In this document: piece by piece, positions 20,197-30,657 of the stretch | How positions within the stretch are numbered: the first letter of the stretch is position 1 | Layout of the letters: each line of letters begins with the position of its first letter | Assembly: GCA_035363095.1 (NCBI GenBank) | Contig: DAOSEK010000004.1 | Span: forward strand, 30,893-94,892 | Length of the DNA stretch: 64,000 nt | Direction: 5' to 3' | Source of the DNA: Candidatus Woesearchaeota archaeon | GTDB taxonomy: Archaea > Nanobdellota > Nanobdellia > Woesearchaeales > UBA119 | The notes under the pieces: model-generated | Databases searched by the model: none | What the model was told of the DNA's origin: nothing | What the model saw: the letters and a program-made list of their open reading frames with translations, nothing else | Program-made: the position numbers and the translations under genes

Positions 20197-20491
20197 ATAA
20201 AAATTCTCTTAAAACATAATCGTTAATTTACTTTAGAAATCCTATTTAAAGTCTAATTTATCACACCTCAAAAAGAAAAACTTTAAATACAATAATTATA
20301 TCATATCCCCATAACTCGTCAAATCAAGTGATACTTTGTTTCGAATTATACGCTATTTTGGATAATATCTTAGCTGAAATCATGCCTTATTTCAAATCAT
20401 ACCTTATTCAAATTATGCCTTAGCTCACAATATGCTTTAGTTCAGGTTTGTTATTAGTATCCTTTAATCGTTTATTTTAACTTTAATCTTC

Positions 20492-21094
20492 ATGGATTCA
20501 TATAAAGAAAAGGTAAAGGCCGCATACCAAAACTTCGCCAAAAGGTACGCTGTTGCTAATTTTGATGTAATACTGCAGTACCAATTAACAGAGTTTTTAT
20601 CTAACATCAGAAAAGGCAAGGTGCTTGATTTAGGGTGTGGTCCTGGAAGGGATACTGATTATCTTAAAGATGAAGGGCTTGATGTTACAGGCATTGATTT
20701 TTCTTCTGAAATGATTTCTTTAGCAAAAGAGTATGTAGATAAAAAATTATTTAAAGAGGCTGACTTTGATGATGAGCTCTTTGAAGAAGGTGAATTTGAC
20801 GGTATCTGGGCTAACGCATCATTAATTCATGTTCCAAAAAGCTCAATGCTTGATACGATAAAACATATCTCTTCTTGGCTAAAGAAAGGTGGTGTGATGT
20901 ATCTTAATGTTATTGAAGGCTTGGGTGAAAAAGAGATAAGAATCAAGAATTTCTATGAAGAAGAACTTTTAGTATCATTCTATTCAGTTGATGAAATAAT
21001 CCAAATCGTTGAAGAGGCAGGATTAAGTGTAACAAAATTCCATATAGAATCAGATGATAATTTTAACTGGATAGATATATTTTGCAAAAAATAA
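20492..21094 (+). CDS. Class I SAM-dependent methyltransferase
   Basis: VLDLGCGPGRD motif I; 200 aa. Confidence 0.8.
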   Translation: MDSYKEKVKAAYQNFAKRYAVANFDVILQYQLTEFLSNIRKGKVLDLGCGPGRDTDYLKDEGLDVTGIDFSSEMISLAKEYVDKKLFKEADFDDELFEEGEFDGIWANASLIHVPKSSMLDTIKHISSWLKKGGVMYLNVIEGLGEKEIRIKNFYEEELLVSFYSVDEIIQIVEEAGLSVTKFHIESDDNFNWIDIFCKK

Positions 21095-21200
21095 AACATG
21101 TTATCCTTTTCTATAAAGGTATTATCATTACTATTATAGTCATTATTTTATTATTACTTCTAATTAAAAAATAGAACTTTAAAAAAATAATAGTAACAAT

Positions 21201-21707
21201 TTATTCCACTGTAAAAGAAAAGCTTTCAGTTCTAAAAATCTCATCTCCCGGTCCTATTATTTCCAATTTAAATGTACATATCCCTTTAGTTTCTTTCCTT
21301 AAGGCAACGTAGTGAGTATATTCCCCTCCAGGTGAAATCTCGACATCTTCCAAACCTACTCCCAAACTTTCAAGATCCGTACACTGTGCCGAATTCGTTT
21401 GCTCCACATTTATTCCCGTAATATCCTCACCGAAAATATTGTATATTGTTATAAGAATACCCTTATTAGTCTTTGGACTTCCGATTGGGTTGTTTGGATA
21501 AATACAAACCCCTCTTTGGATTGTTTCTTGGGCACAGAACCTCTGTTTATAAAGATCATCCTTGTTTCGCTCAATCCATTTCATCATATCATTAGATTGC
21601 GTACCAATCCTTGTAAGAAAAAAGAGTCCAACAGCCAAAATGCTCATTCCCAAAACAAGCAGGACTATGGTGTTTATGGCAAGCTCAATTCCCTTTTTAG
21701 ATTTCAT
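21201..21707 (-). CDS. Archaeal type IV pilin-like protein (class III signal peptide)
   Basis: MKSKKGIELAINTIVLLVLGMSILAVGLFF: basic stretch, Gly, then E/hydrophobic helix. Confidence 0.6.
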   Translation of the reverse strand: MKSKKGIELAINTIVLLVLGMSILAVGLFFLTRIGTQSNDMMKWIERNKDDLYKQRFCAQETIQRGVCIYPNNPIGSPKTNKGILITIYNIFGEDITGINVEQTNSAQCTDLESLGVGLEDVEISPGGEYTHYVALRKETKGICTFKLEIIGPGDEIFRTESFSFTVE

Positions 21708-21741
21708 CTTAATTCAAAAAGTTAAAATAAGGTAAAAAAAC

Positions 21742-22281
21742 TTAAATGACCTTTACATAAATCCACTCTTCTGCATACTTAACAGACTGGCCATCAAGGT
21801 CATAACTAATAGTTATTATACACTCATAGTTTGTTTTTTCTCTACTTGCTGTAGGTGCTATAAAAAAACTAGTAACCTTTGCTTTTCCAGGTTCCAATTT
21901 AGAAATTTTAGGGGTATATGATATCTCTTTTGTTATGAACTTATTATTTTCAACATCTGTATCACCTAATTTGACTGGGCAGGTAATATTAACGTCAAAA
22001 ACCTGATCATTATCCAACTCATTTTTAACCCCAAACAAAACCTGTTCTTTACCGGAATTTTTCACCTCTAAAGTTTTATACTGTAATTCTAATCTTTTTG
22101 AAGAAGCTTCGAGTTTTTCTATCATTTCTTTTTCAAGATTTCCTGAAAAGCTATCAAAACCACTTACCTGTTCTCTCATTTTATTGATTATAAACATCCC
22201 CACACCGAGCATGGCTAACGCAAGAAATAATATTACAATAGTATTAATCGAAAGTTCCATAGCACCCTTCTTATTTTTCAT
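21742..22281 (-). CDS. Archaeal type IV pilin-like protein (class III signal peptide)
   Basis: MKNKKGAMELSINTIVILFLALAMLGVGMF. Confidence 0.6.
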   Translation of the reverse strand: MKNKKGAMELSINTIVILFLALAMLGVGMFIINKMREQVSGFDSFSGNLEKEMIEKLEASSKRLELQYKTLEVKNSGKEQVLFGVKNELDNDQVFDVNITCPVKLGDTDVENNKFITKEISYTPKISKLEPGKAKVTSFFIAPTASREKTNYECIITISYDLDGQSVKYAEEWIYVKVI

Positions 22282-22373
22282 TAAAATTCACCTCAAAAAC
22301 ACATAACAATTAACAGGCATTTAAAACGCCCACATTATCCTTTTAACTCCCTTTATTTAGTATTATTTAAAAC

Positions 22374-22507
22374 TTTTGATTTCATTAAATCCAGTTCCTT
22401 TGCATACTTTGGTCTTGAGGCACAAAGTTTGAATAGATGTATTCATTCACCGATGAACCTCGAACTATCCATTAGATACATCGGTATTTATGCCGAAATT
22501 TTTCATT
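22374..22507 (-). repeat. Family-B repeat copy B5 (reverse)
   Basis: gatttcattaaatccagttcctttgcatactttggtcttgaggcacaaagtttgaa...catcggtatttatgccgaaatttttcatt. Confidence 0.65.
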
Positions 22508-22734
22508 TCATTAAATCTGTTCTATACTATATTGAGTTTACGCTCCAATGTGCAGGTGTCTTATAATTGAGAGAATACACCAATCTCTCAAAGTGAAGAT
22601 AATGCATCCAACTTAAACAACCCTTAGATATTTCTATATCACACTGAAAAACTCAAAATATTCTTACCCTTCAAATTAACCAAAACAATTTTAACAATCT
22701 TTTTATATATAAACATATAAAGAATATCCTAAAC

Positions 22735-23454
22735 ATGCAAACAAGCAACAAAGTATACTTCACAAAAAAAGAATTAGTCTCAATATTTATAGTTGCAATA
22801 TTCCTAGGAATCATCTCAGGTTTTAGTGATGGCCAAGCTACCTCTTTAATAGACAATTATTGGATATCAAATCTAATACTTTGTTTTTTAGGATACTTAC
22901 TTGCTCTACTAGCAAGAATATTCCTTCAAAAACTTGTAGCCAAAAAAAGAGGTTATACTGGAGAATTCAAACCAAACCCTTACGGAATATTTGCAGGGGT
23001 TTTCACAACATTCCTGTTTAAAGGAGCACTCTACTTCTTTGTCCACGGTGCCTTCAAAGTAAAAGACATTCCAGAACAGCGACTTGGAAAATTCAGATAT
23101 GTAAATCTAAGAAAGGATTTAGGAGTGATAGCAATCTCAGGTATGCTTGGAAACCTCTCAATAATAGTTTTATTTAAAATTCTTCAAGGCATATTCCCAA
23201 ACTCGATTTTCATTGGAAAGATTATCATTGCAAACCTTTTGCTTATGCTTTTTAGCTTCGCACCAATCCCAAATGAAAGTGATGCTTTTTACCTATTCCA
23301 TTTCTCAAGACCAATCTTTGTAGGTCTATTAGCATTTGGCATAATACTTGGATTATCCATCCTCATATCAAACCTTTTTACCTCATTTATAATAGCGTTA
23401 TTAGGAGGTATCACAATATCAATACTCTTCTACAAACAAGTAGATGAAAAATAA
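22735..23454 (+). CDS. Polytopic integral membrane protein, unknown function
   Basis: 239 aa with about 6 hydrophobic helices. No catalytic motif seen. Confidence 0.5.
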   Translation: MQTSNKVYFTKKELVSIFIVAIFLGIISGFSDGQATSLIDNYWISNLILCFLGYLLALLARIFLQKLVAKKRGYTGEFKPNPYGIFAGVFTTFLFKGALYFFVHGAFKVKDIPEQRLGKFRYVNLRKDLGVIAISGMLGNLSIIVLFKILQGIFPNSIFIGKIIIANLLLMLFSFAPIPNESDAFYLFHFSRPIFVGLLAFGIILGLSILISNLFTSFIIALLGGITISILFYKQVDEK

Positions 23455-23457
23455 CAC

Positions 23458-24495
23458 TTAATATCTAAGTATAGCACCAATCTTTCCCAAAGAATCAATA
23501 ACCCTCAAGGGCTCATCTTGCTCTATTATACTAACCTTGCCACTATTTTGCTCAACAATCTCAATAATATCCATCACCATTTTGTTCTCTTGTGGGTCTT
23601 CAGAGAAGATGAGATTCTCAGAAACAATTAACTCATCAACTGCACCAATCTGGGCTTTTTCATACACCTCGTTCATACCATAAGAATACTTTTCATTCTT
23701 AGAAATATTTCTCAATAGCAGATCAATCAAAAGGCTTTCCTTTCTAAGTCTTTCTTCCTTTAAAATCTCTTTTAATTCACTTCTCTTAAGAACCTCACTT
23801 ATTCCTCTTTCCCCTGGATTGCTTGCAACAGAAAACCTAATCTTTCCTGCAAAAGTAAAATTACTAACCTCCTTTCTTAGCTCATCATTATAAAATCCAG
23901 GGCTTGCACATATTATAAAATCAGGATTAAAATCCTTATCTGAAAGCTCTATCATCTTTGCAATCTCTTTATAAAAATTAACGCCCTCAAAATTGTAATC
24001 CTTCTTACATACATCGCCTTTGCTTGAACTAATTATTTTATATCCCCTGGGAGTAAGTAGTGCAAATGTAGCCTCTGCTCTATCAAAAATCACAATCAAT
24101 ATCTTATAACTAACCCTTTTTGTACTCTCATCAAGTCGCTCAATCTGAAAATTTTTCCATCTTTCCTTAAAAATACTAACATCGCTATTATTCTCAATTT
24201 TAATAGAATGATAACTACCTAGTGGAATATCATCAGGTCCTTTAGTAATCTTTCCAAGCAATTTTAACGAAAGCGAATCTCTCTCAAATTCCTTTTTTTC
24301 AACAGCAATCTCAAGCTTTATTGACTTCTTAATAACCTGTCCCTTCTCCTCACTTCCTACCTTAACCTTGCGAAAAGTCAAACCATAAACCCTATCATTT
24401 ACCTCTATAATCTTAGATAAATCTAATAAGTCCTCCTTATCCTCTGCTCTGACCCTTACGATTCCCCTTCGGATATCTTTTTTATCAACCTTCAT
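23458..24495 (-). CDS. pelA: Pelota (mRNA surveillance / ribosome rescue factor)
   Basis: 345 aa, eRF1-like three-domain layout, N-terminal MKVDKKDIRRGIVRVRAEDKEDLLDL typical of archaeal Pelota. Confidence 0.8.
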   Translation of the reverse strand: MKVDKKDIRRGIVRVRAEDKEDLLDLSKIIEVNDRVYGLTFRKVKVGSEEKGQVIKKSIKLEIAVEKKEFERDSLSLKLLGKITKGPDDIPLGSYHSIKIENNSDVSIFKERWKNFQIERLDESTKRVSYKILIVIFDRAEATFALLTPRGYKIISSSKGDVCKKDYNFEGVNFYKEIAKMIELSDKDFNPDFIICASPGFYNDELRKEVSNFTFAGKIRFSVASNPGERGISEVLKRSELKEILKEERLRKESLLIDLLLRNISKNEKYSYGMNEVYEKAQIGAVDELIVSENLIFSEDPQENKMVMDIIEIVEQNSGKVSIIEQDEPLRVIDSLGKIGAILRY

Positions 24496-24711
24496 CTTAT
24501 CATTATAATAAATCTTTAGACTTTTATACTTTTAGTTTTTTTATATGAATAATTGGCATAATTTAATATTAAATTATCGATAAACATCTAAATATCCTCA
24601 AGCCAAATTAAAAAGATTTATATAGTAATGTCTTCATAAAATCAATGTTGATTGATTATCAATGCGTTTAATCAGAGTGCTTTTCAAACTAATTATTGTT
24701 GAGGTGAATAA

Positions 24712-25899
24712 ATGGCATTTCCTAAAAGAAAATACAAAAGAGGGCAAGTTGAGAACACTGCACCCGCTGCAATTTTGGTGTTAGTAATCCTTGTTTTAAC
24801 ACTTCTATACATCCTGTTTATGGAACCTGATGCAAGAGATGAACTTCTAAACATCACAAATAACAACAAAGGAAACAACGGTGGATCAATAGTTAATGCA
24901 TACAAAACATTTCTCCAAGAGCAACCTGGAAATCTTTACTCTCAGGCTCAAAGCTCTTACAAACATACAATCCCTGAATTTTATCTCTACAAAAAAAGTC
25001 AAGGTCTAGAAGTAGCAGATTGGTCTTCAATATACGTATCATCTTCCTCGTTTTCTAAAAGGATCAAAACTTTAGATTTCTATCTAGATAATCCTGCACA
25101 AGTATCTGATTCATACATTACATTCAACGTCAAAAAAGCAAAAGGCATACTTGAAATATCCCTAAACGGTCAGCTCATCTATGAAGGCTTATTAACAATT
25201 GGAACAATCAATCCTATAAAGATCCCAGCAAAGCTATTAAAAGATTCAAATATCCTTGAATTTAGCGTAATCTCCCCAGGACTTGCATTCTGGTCAAGTA
25301 ATGAATATGTATTAGAAAACATCAAAGTGTTTGCAAACCAATTAAGCATTGAAGGCGAGTCTTCAGCTAATTTCTTTGTATATGAAGAAGAACTCTCAAA
25401 ACCCAAAAAAGCCACATTAAAATTCTACGCTGATTGCATACAATCTCAGATGTCATCACTATATGTTGCAATAAATAGCATCAAGGTTCTAAACGCAGTT
25501 CCCTCTTGCGGAGACCTTAATATGATAGAGTTTTCACCTCACATCTTAAGAGCTGCAGATAATAACATAGCGTTTAACTCAAATTCAAACGTAAAAATCC
25601 GAGACATAACAGTGGATATTGAACCTGAAAAACAAGTAAATCCAACCTATTATTTCAATATGAACGACACAGAATACGGCTACATCATAAACGGTTCCAG
25701 AAAAATATATCTTTACCTTGAATTTTTAGGAGATAATAACAAGATTGATATAAACATAAACTCAAATAAACTCTATATAGAAGGAAACGATTTCGTAAGA
25801 AGAGAGATAACACCTTTCATTAAAAAAACAGGAAATTACATTGAACTAATCCCATTAAAGAACATAAAGGTAAGCTTACTTTCGGTTTACATAAACTAA
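24712..25899 (+). CDS. Membrane-anchored extracellular protein, unknown function
   Basis: N-terminal basic region plus a single TM (AAILVLVILVLTLLYILF); rest Asn/Ser-rich. Confidence 0.5.
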   Translation: MAFPKRKYKRGQVENTAPAAILVLVILVLTLLYILFMEPDARDELLNITNNNKGNNGGSIVNAYKTFLQEQPGNLYSQAQSSYKHTIPEFYLYKKSQGLEVADWSSIYVSSSSFSKRIKTLDFYLDNPAQVSDSYITFNVKKAKGILEISLNGQLIYEGLLTIGTINPIKIPAKLLKDSNILEFSVISPGLAFWSSNEYVLENIKVFANQLSIEGESSANFFVYEEELSKPKKATLKFYADCIQSQMSSLYVAINSIKVLNAVPSCGDLNMIEFSPHILRAADNNIAFNSNSNVKIRDITVDIEPEKQVNPTYYFNMNDTEYGYIINGSRKIYLYLEFLGDNNKIDININSNKLYIEGNDFVRREITPFIKKTGNYIELIPLKNIKVSLLSVYIN

Positions 25900-26067
25900 G
25901 TTTTATTCATTTTGTCGCATTATTTTTTTAGTTTTGGTATTTTTTACTGTTTTTTATCTGGAGTGGTTTCATCATCATAACTTATTTTGACAAATTAATT
26001 TCGTCATGTTTAGTAGGATATCAAATTTAGTAGAATGTTAAATTATAATTGAGGTGGCCAAGTCAAA

Positions 26068-28365
26068 TTGAATAAAAAAGCTAATGTTTCTGGTACTGAT
26101 TCCAAGGCAAAAAAAGTTTTTACAGGCATTGGAAAAGTCTCTAAAACAATTGGTAAAGGTATTGCTAAAGTTGCGATAAAAACTGGAAATTTTCTTATAA
26201 GTGATGATGAGGAAGCGTATAATGAAGAACAAGCACTTGCAAAAAAAAGTTTTGCTGAACGCTTTTTTTCATGTATTGTTCCCAGAAATATATATGGATT
26301 AATAATACTATATTTCTTATTGCAGGATTTTGTGTTTGATGGATTTATTTACAATTTTGATTATAACAGCAGTTTACTTAGGCTGCATCATATTTGGGCT
26401 TGTGTTATCATAAGCATAATTCTATTTATGAAATGGTCTTCTAATAGAAGAAGTGATTCAGATGATTCATTGTTAACTTTCATGCTAGGAATGGCTCGTT
26501 ACCTATTCTTGGTATTTGGAATTGGGCTATTCATTGAGTTTGTAGCTTTACCTCACTTAAGAAATCTTTCCTATCTAGCGTTTACAATGCGGGTATCGGA
26601 ATCTTTAGTTCAATCAAAAAACCTAGATATTATATTCTCAAGAGCACTAAAACCTTATTGGACATTTATAGCTTTGATTGTATTTGGAAGATTTACAAGA
26701 TTTCGCAAAAGTGTAATATTTTTTGTAGTTGTAATGTTTCTGATAACAAACATAGGTGTAATTGATAGTGGAATAAGATCAACTGTTAGTATTGCGGCCA
26801 GCACTAAATATTATACAACTGGCACCAAAGAAGCTGCTTTAGTATTCGAACAGATTAAAGCAAATCTCAAGTATATCTCTCCAGTAACTTGGCTTCAGAA
26901 TTATCTTAACCAGCTAGGTAGAGAATTTGGTGACGAACATATTGATGGTGAATATGCTAACAATGCAGGTGTAAGTGGGGTTATATTTCGTAATCCTTAC
27001 TCATCAAATCCCCTATCTGTATTTGAAAACAATAATCCTAAAAGTGATGCAAATGTAATAGTTGAATACGTGAGAAATCCTCAAAATGATTGCATAATAA
27101 ATGGAATATGCGATTCAGATAATAAATTAACAATACAATGTTGTGTTGATAACATCAAATTCCTCGCTAAAAACTCGCCTGCCGAGAGTCCAAGTAATTC
27201 AGGTCTTTGCTCAGAATACAAGTCTTATTCTGTTTCAGACCTAGCATATTCCCAGTCTTTACATAGCTGTTACATTGAAGCTACGGACACTGGAAAATCC
27301 TTGTTAGACACCGAAGAAAGAGTGAGGGTCAACATAACTGGAAATTACACATTTCAAACCGTTGGAAACAAAGATTTTAGATTCGCAGAAAAATCCCTCA
27401 TTGTAAGATGCAGAACAAACCAGCAATATTCCATTTCAAGCTTGAATTGCCTAGGATTTGCAGGTGATATTATCTCCTCAGAATCCAGTTCAGGTCCTAT
27501 TACAATTGGTATCGGAACGCCTAAAGATTTCAACGAAGAAGTACTTACAATTGATAATCAACTAAATGAGAGTGAACAACAAATTCTTCCACTACTAATA
27601 TCTGTATCAAACAAAGGCGATGGTGTAATAAAATCAATCAATAATCTATATCTAGCGATCCCAAAAGATATGGATTTATCTAAATACCATTATTGTAACT
27701 TTGAGAAAGTTAACAATAAGAACCCAAATTGTTATTCAGCATTTGGCTCAGGTATAAGTTCAAATCCATTAAACCCGAATGGCTTGAATGATAAATACGA
27801 CTGCTATGAATATAGTTTTGAACAAGAATATACACAACAAAAAGTACTATCTCAAATTCAAACAGGTTCAATATATTGCAGTATTACTCCTAAAAAAGAG
27901 ATTTTAGATGGTAACAAAGCAACAAAAAACATAAAAGTCTTTTTTAATTATACCTACGAAATATCCAAAAATATTGATATCACCTTCAAAAATACTGGAT
28001 CTAAATCAAATCCTACGGAAACAATAACATCATCTCCTAGTCCTCAAACGCCTTGCGAAGATGGCACTCAAATAGGCGAATGTAGTACAAATCAAGCAGG
28101 TTTTAAATGTCTTGTTAATGAAGATGGTGTTAGTCAGCTTGTGCCTTCCTGCCCAGTGTGTTCATGTGTTAATGGTAAGGTTTGCCATCCATCATCAAAA
28201 GTATGTATAGACGAAAAATATGAAAATATCGTTGAAAATGTATGTACTTGTACAGATGAGGGCGTAGTTGAAGAGGAATGTCCAGAAGGTTATACTGCTT
28301 TTTGTAGAAAATTAGTATATAGTCCAGGATATCAGTGCTTATGTGAAGAATCTCAAGCAACGTAA
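26068..28365 (+). CDS. Large polytopic membrane protein with extracellular domain and Cys-rich (EGF-like) C-terminus
   Basis: About 6 TM helices between residues 70 and 260. The last roughly 110 aa contain about 17 Cys (CEDGTQIGECS..CLVNEDG..CPVCSCVNGKVCH...). Confidence 0.55.
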   Translation: MNKKANVSGTDSKAKKVFTGIGKVSKTIGKGIAKVAIKTGNFLISDDEEAYNEEQALAKKSFAERFFSCIVPRNIYGLIILYFLLQDFVFDGFIYNFDYNSSLLRLHHIWACVIISIILFMKWSSNRRSDSDDSLLTFMLGMARYLFLVFGIGLFIEFVALPHLRNLSYLAFTMRVSESLVQSKNLDIIFSRALKPYWTFIALIVFGRFTRFRKSVIFFVVVMFLITNIGVIDSGIRSTVSIAASTKYYTTGTKEAALVFEQIKANLKYISPVTWLQNYLNQLGREFGDEHIDGEYANNAGVSGVIFRNPYSSNPLSVFENNNPKSDANVIVEYVRNPQNDCIINGICDSDNKLTIQCCVDNIKFLAKNSPAESPSNSGLCSEYKSYSVSDLAYSQSLHSCYIEATDTGKSLLDTEERVRVNITGNYTFQTVGNKDFRFAEKSLIVRCRTNQQYSISSLNCLGFAGDIISSESSSGPITIGIGTPKDFNEEVLTIDNQLNESEQQILPLLISVSNKGDGVIKSINNLYLAIPKDMDLSKYHYCNFEKVNNKNPNCYSAFGSGISSNPLNPNGLNDKYDCYEYSFEQEYTQQKVLSQIQTGSIYCSITPKKEILDGNKATKNIKVFFNYTYEISKNIDITFKNTGSKSNPTETITSSPSPQTPCEDGTQIGECSTNQAGFKCLVNEDGVSQLVPSCPVCSCVNGKVCHPSSKVCIDEKYENIVENVCTCTDEGVVEEECPEGYTAFCRKLVYSPGYQCLCEESQAT

Positions 28366-28706
28366 TCTGTATAGTCATCAGTTCAAAAAATTAAAGATTG
28401 TTTGTTCAGGATTATCAATCACAAACAATTACTTTATAATTTTATTTTTCTCAGACATTTTCATTGTTATTTTAACATAGAATATCCTGCGTTAAAATGA
28501 AAAAAGCCTGTAAAATATAAAAATGTTTAAAAACAGTGAACATTAATTATATACGAAGGATTTATAATTGCCATTTATAATCAAAACAACAATAATAACA
28601 ACTATAAAGAAAATAACAACAAACGTACTCACACGATTAACCCTAAATTACCTTTCAAGATACCTTAACACATTATAATTAGAGGATTTTTTATACATAA
28701 TACTGA

Positions 28707-28835
28707 TTTTGATGAAATCCAAATCATTCGTATAATCTGGTCTTTAAGTCAATGTAAGAAGAGAAGGATTCACTCAAGGATTAGTATCAAATATCCGTAA
28801 CATACCTAGAGTATTTATGCCGATGTTTTTCATTT
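28707..28835 (-). repeat. Family-B repeat copy B6 (reverse, diverged)
   Basis: ttttgatgaaatccaaatcattcgtataatctggtctttaagtc...gagtatttatgccgatgtttttcattt. Confidence 0.5.
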
Positions 28836-28947
28836 AAAACATAATTATGATTTAAAAAATTGGGATAGTGAGTATTAAAAGTATTTTGTAAAAAAACTAA
28901 AAATACTATAAAACTCAAAACTAATCACCCAAAAAAATGGTGGTCTT

Positions 28948-29382
28948 TTGGCTTTAAGAGGTAAACGATCAAAAATAAGTATTGTAACTTGGACTTTAAT
29001 AGAACTAATTGTAGTAATTACTTCAATGCTTTTAATAATTAATTATGTAAACTGGAGATTTGCAGATGACAAGGTTCTAATCGAATTTTTGGTAAAAGAC
29101 CTCTCTCTTACAGCTTCTGCCTTAACATATGTAAACACTGGATCTTACCTAAACTACTACGAACCTATACTAATCAATCCAAAATCTGAAGTTTATGAAA
29201 TAAAAACACAAGATGGTATAGTATATCTTACAAAAAATAATGTTTTCACATATGAATGGCCCTACACGACAAAGTCCTCATTTCATAATACTGAAAATTC
29301 ATTAAGATTCAAAAGTTACATAAGCACTGCAAACATACTAATAACAAATTCAAATGGAGAAATTCTATATAAAAACTCTTGA
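28948..29382 (+). CDS. Pilin-like / pseudopilin-like protein
   Basis: N-terminus RGKRSKISIVTWTLIELIVVITSMLLII (basic stretch, then hydrophobic helix with Glu). Confidence 0.45.
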   Translation: MALRGKRSKISIVTWTLIELIVVITSMLLIINYVNWRFADDKVLIEFLVKDLSLTASALTYVNTGSYLNYYEPILINPKSEVYEIKTQDGIVYLTKNNVFTYEWPYTTKSSFHNTENSLRFKSYISTANILITNSNGEILYKNS

Positions 29383-29388
29383 TTAAAA

Positions 29389-29931
29389 ATGCATCTAAAA
29401 AAAAACAAAAAAGGAATATCTCAGAAAATGATAGATGTATTCTTTGATCTATTAATACTAACAATTGCAATATCTGGACTATATGTTTTTACAACAAATG
29501 CATCCATACAAAAGGTATTTGTTCCATATCAAGAAAACGAAATATATCTAAACCATATATTCTCAAACCCTGCCTGTTTGGCACTAAAAAGAGACAATAT
29601 AGTTTACCCCTATAAAATAAATATAATCAATACTGAACCTGAACTAAAAGAAAAATCTAATAGTGATAATATTTGTTTAAAATATCCAGATAAATACTCC
29701 ATGTTCACCGCACAAATAATAATAAAACCAACAATTGCTGAAGAATTCACTGAAAAAACTTACTATTATGATGAACAACTATTTAACAAATGGCGTCCTA
29801 TTGCACAATCAGAAGAAAACCAAATAAAAAGTGGTCTAATACTCATAAATAGCAAAAGACTGATCACTTTAATAGATGGATCAAAAGAATTCCTTGGAAT
29901 CGCAGAAATAACAACAATAATTCCAAAATAA
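29389..29931 (+). CDS. Pilin-like protein
   Basis: MHLKKNKKGISQKMIDVFFDLLILTIAISGLYVF. Confidence 0.45.
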   Translation: MHLKKNKKGISQKMIDVFFDLLILTIAISGLYVFTTNASIQKVFVPYQENEIYLNHIFSNPACLALKRDNIVYPYKINIINTEPELKEKSNSDNICLKYPDKYSMFTAQIIIKPTIAEEFTEKTYYYDEQLFNKWRPIAQSEENQIKSGLILINSKRLITLIDGSKEFLGIAEITTIIPK

Positions 29932-29943
29932 AAAAACAATAAA

Positions 29944-30621
29944 ATGAAACATGCACAAAAAAATAAAAAAGGGATAATATCTGAGTTTTTAGTAAGAATT
30001 CTATCAATACTTATGCTAATAACAATGTTTATGGTATTTTCATTAATAGTACAACTCAACGATTGTAGTTGCTCAAATAAAGAGGTTGATGAAACGCTAT
30101 CCTTTGATTCAAACAAAGCATTATTCTCAGATACTGCAGTTGACAATCTATTAAATAACAATATAACAATAACATTTAAAGGTGATATTTCAAGTGATAA
30201 AGAATATAGCTCAAATCCCATACTCTTAAGAGTGATTCCCGAATACAAAGGTTACGATAACAGGCAATCATCAATAACCCTTCCATTATGGAAAGCAATC
30301 TCAATATATGCTGATTATGACAAATCTGTATTCAAAGAATACAATGAGTTCAAAGATGAGTTAAAAAAAATAATCCAAACACATATATCAGAGACCTTGT
30401 CAAAAACAAATTCAAGTCTTAACTGGAAAGAATTCATAATAGTTGATGGTAAAAAAATAATAATTCAAGAATCTAATAACAACGTAAAAAAATATCTTCA
30501 AGCTGATGGAAATACCTTTCCTTCAGATTACAATACCTTTCACAAAACAAGAACAATCCCCAGACTGAGTTTTTCATCCAAGGAGTCTTTGATTGAATTT
30601 ATCATCCAATATCAAAAATAG
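29944..30621 (+). CDS. Pilin-like protein
   Basis: MKHAQKNKKGIISEFLVRILSILMLITMFMVF. Confidence 0.45.
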   Translation: MKHAQKNKKGIISEFLVRILSILMLITMFMVFSLIVQLNDCSCSNKEVDETLSFDSNKALFSDTAVDNLLNNNITITFKGDISSDKEYSSNPILLRVIPEYKGYDNRQSSITLPLWKAISIYADYDKSVFKEYNEFKDELKKIIQTHISETLSKTNSSLNWKEFIIVDGKKIIIQESNNNVKKYLQADGNTFPSDYNTFHKTRTIPRLSFSSKESLIEFIIQYQK

Positions 30622-30657
30622 ATTTTTTACTCCAAAAAATATTAGCTGTGAATTATC